A program made the translations under genes and the position numbers. Below are positions 62,556-64,000 of a stretch of DNA of 64,000 bases, one piece after another. The notes below the pieces were generated by a model, which searched no databases, had not been told where the DNA came from, and saw only the letters and a program-made list of their open reading frames with translations. The stretch is from Bacillota bacterium (lineage in GTDB: Bacteria > Bacillota > Halanaerobiia > Halanaerobiales > M55B127): NCBI GenBank assembly GCA_051745185.1, contig JBNJDV010000001.1, forward strand, positions 745-64,744, in the 5' to 3' direction. How positions within the stretch are numbered: the first letter of the stretch is position 1; each line of letters opens with the position of its first letter.

Positions 62556-63181
62556 TCTCCCAGCACCTCCTCAATCTTTCTAACAGCCTCTTCTGACATC
62601 AAAATTACTTCATTGTTTAAAAGATCGTAAGTGTTTAACCCATCTAGGACTAATGTCTTAACATGAGGAATATTACGTGCTGATAAATATGTTTTTTCAT
62701 CTTTACCAGGAAGTACAATAAGTACTTTTTTATCTTTTAAACCTAACTCTTCTAATAAATTAACCATGTTTTTTGTTTTAACTTCATCCATTTTAAGCTC
62801 ATCTAAAATCATAATTCCATCATTTTGTAATTTATCACTTAAAACAGATCTTACAGCTAATTTTTTCATTTTTTTGTTAACTTTTTTATTATAAGAACGT
62901 GGTCTGGGTCCAAAAGTAATACCACCGCCAACCCATAATGGGGAGCGAATACTACCATGTCTCGCACGGCCTGTACCTTTTTGTCTCCAAGGTTTTCTAC
63001 CGCCACCTCTTACTTCACTTCTGGTTTTAGTAGAAGCATTACCACCTCTTATCTTTGCTAACTGAGCTGTAACTACTTGATGTACAACATCTTCTTTTAT
63101 ATCACTATTAAATATATCATCTGATAAATCAATATCAGCTATTTTTTCACCATTGGTGTTATATTTAACTGCCTGAGGCAT
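62552..63181 (-). CDS. rplD: 50S ribosomal protein L4
   Basis: 209 aa with RGGGRKPWRQKGTGRAR. Confidence 0.97.
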   Translation of the reverse strand: MPQAVKYNTNGEKIADIDLSDDIFNSDIKEDVVHQVVTAQLAKIRGGNASTKTRSEVRGGGRKPWRQKGTGRARHGSIRSPLWVGGGITFGPRPRSYNKKVNKKMKKLAVRSVLSDKLQNDGIMILDELKMDEVKTKNMVNLLEELGLKDKKVLIVLPGKDEKTYLSARNIPHVKTLVLDGLNTYDLLNNEVILMSEEAVRKIEEVLGE

Positions 63182-63211
63182 TGTAAGTCCTCCTTTCTAT
63201 CCATCAACTTT

Positions 63212-63832
63212 TTACTTTTCTAGTCCAATAAGTGACACTAAAGTTTTTTTCGGACCAGGTACTGATCCCTTAATTAAAATAACTTTTCTTTCTGTATCAA
63301 CTTTCACAACTTCTAAATTATGAACAGTAGTCATATCATGACCCATTCTCCCGGGCATTTTCTGACCTTTAAATACTCTAGAAGCATCAACTGCTCCTAT
63401 AGATCCAGGTGCTCTATGAAAATGTGAACCGTGAGTTTTTGGTCCCACACTTTGGTTCCATCTCTGAATATTTCCAGAAAAACCTTTTCCTTTTGAAACC
63501 CCTTGTACTTTCACCAGTTCTCCTTCTTCAAAGATGTCTACTGTTACTTCATCACCAATTTCAATATCTTGATCAAAATTTCTAAATTCCACCAAATATC
63601 TTTTAGGCTTTAAACCATGTTTCTTATACTGACCTAATTCTGGTTTTGTTAACTTTCTTTCTTTTATATCTTCAAAGCCTAATTGAACGGCTTGATATCC
63701 GTCTTTTTCTACAGTACGTTTTTCAGTAACAACACAAGGGCCTGCTTCAATAACAGTTACCGGAATCATATTGTCATTTTCATCAAATACTTGTGTCATT
63801 CCTACTTTCTTACCTAATAATCCTTTAGCCAT
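63212..63832 (-). CDS. rplC: 50S ribosomal protein L3
   Basis: 206 aa with [13 protein letters not shown] and [12 protein letters not shown]. Confidence 0.97.
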   Translation of the reverse strand: MAKGLLGKKVGMTQVFDENDNMIPVTVIEAGPCVVTEKRTVEKDGYQAVQLGFEDIKERKLTKPELGQYKKHGLKPKRYLVEFRNFDQDIEIGDEVTVDIFEEGELVKVQGVSKGKGFSGNIQRWNQSVGPKTHGSHFHRAPGSIGAVDASRVFKGQKMPGRMGHDMTTVHNLEVVKVDTERKVILIKGSVPGPKKTLVSLIGLEK

Positions 63833-63853
63833 CTCTTAGTACACCTCCTGACC

Positions 63854-64000
63854 TTATAATTTAATCTCAATATCAACACCGGCAGGTAAATCTAATCTCA
63901 TTAATGAGTCTACCGTTTTTGAAGTTGGATCAAGAATATCTATCAATCTCTTATGAGTTCTCATCTCAAACTGTTCTCTTGCATCTTTGTGAACATGAGG
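63854..64000 (-). CDS. rpsJ: 30S ribosomal protein S10, C-terminal part (gene continues past the window end)
   Basis: The minus frame is open from 64000 and reads [48 protein letters not shown], ending at a TAA (63854-63856). It is not in the ORF track because the start lies outside the window. Confidence 0.93.
   Translation of the reverse strand, partial: PHVHKDAREQFEMRTHKRLIDILDPTSKTVDSLMRLDLPAGVDIEIKL

Overview
This 64-kb window looks like a core chromosomal segment of an AT-rich, low-GC anaerobic Firmicute. Acidic proteins and the gene content suggest a Halanaerobiales-like halophile, but that is inference and cannot be checked here. Almost everything is on the minus strand; only a tRNA-Pro, a small zinc-ribbon ORF and one membrane protein are on the plus strand.

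Reading in minus-strand transcription order (high to low coordinates), the window holds:
- the S10-spc-alpha ribosomal protein cluster (rpsJ through rplQ, including secY, adk, map, infA, an unlisted rpmJ, and rpoA)
- ecfA1A2T-truA-rplM-rpsI
- an AmmeMemoRadiSam-type triad
- cdaA-cdaR-glmM, a glmS ribozyme, and glmS
- acpS-nnr-CBS-dcd
- an Upf1/IGHMBP2-like helicase and mazEF
- an asparaginase II and an amidohydrolase
- a dense block of small signalling-type genes (2 DRTGG proteins, 2 GHKL ATPases, a PHP phosphoesterase and a HydS-like sensory [FeFe]-hydrogenase paralog) joined to a HydABC-type bifurcating [FeFe]-hydrogenase operon
- the t6A operon (tsaE-tsaB-rimI-tsaD) followed by a radical SAM gene
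- groES-groEL behind a perfect CIRCE operator
- guaA, several housekeeping genes and pepF
- a LysR-SDR-peroxiredoxin string
- a GIY-YIG(DUF123)-pcrA-ligA operon

The observations most worth following up are:
- the uncharacterised hydrogenase-linked signalling module
- a peroxiredoxin whose peroxidatic Cys codon is an in-frame TGA, which makes it a candidate selenoprotein that the ORF track splits
- a Rex-box-like perfect palindrome inside the consensus hydrogenase promoter

I saw no CRISPR array, transposase, integrase or prophage genes. Several ORF-track N-termini look over-extended, and I re-set them to starts with a Shine-Dalgarno sequence.
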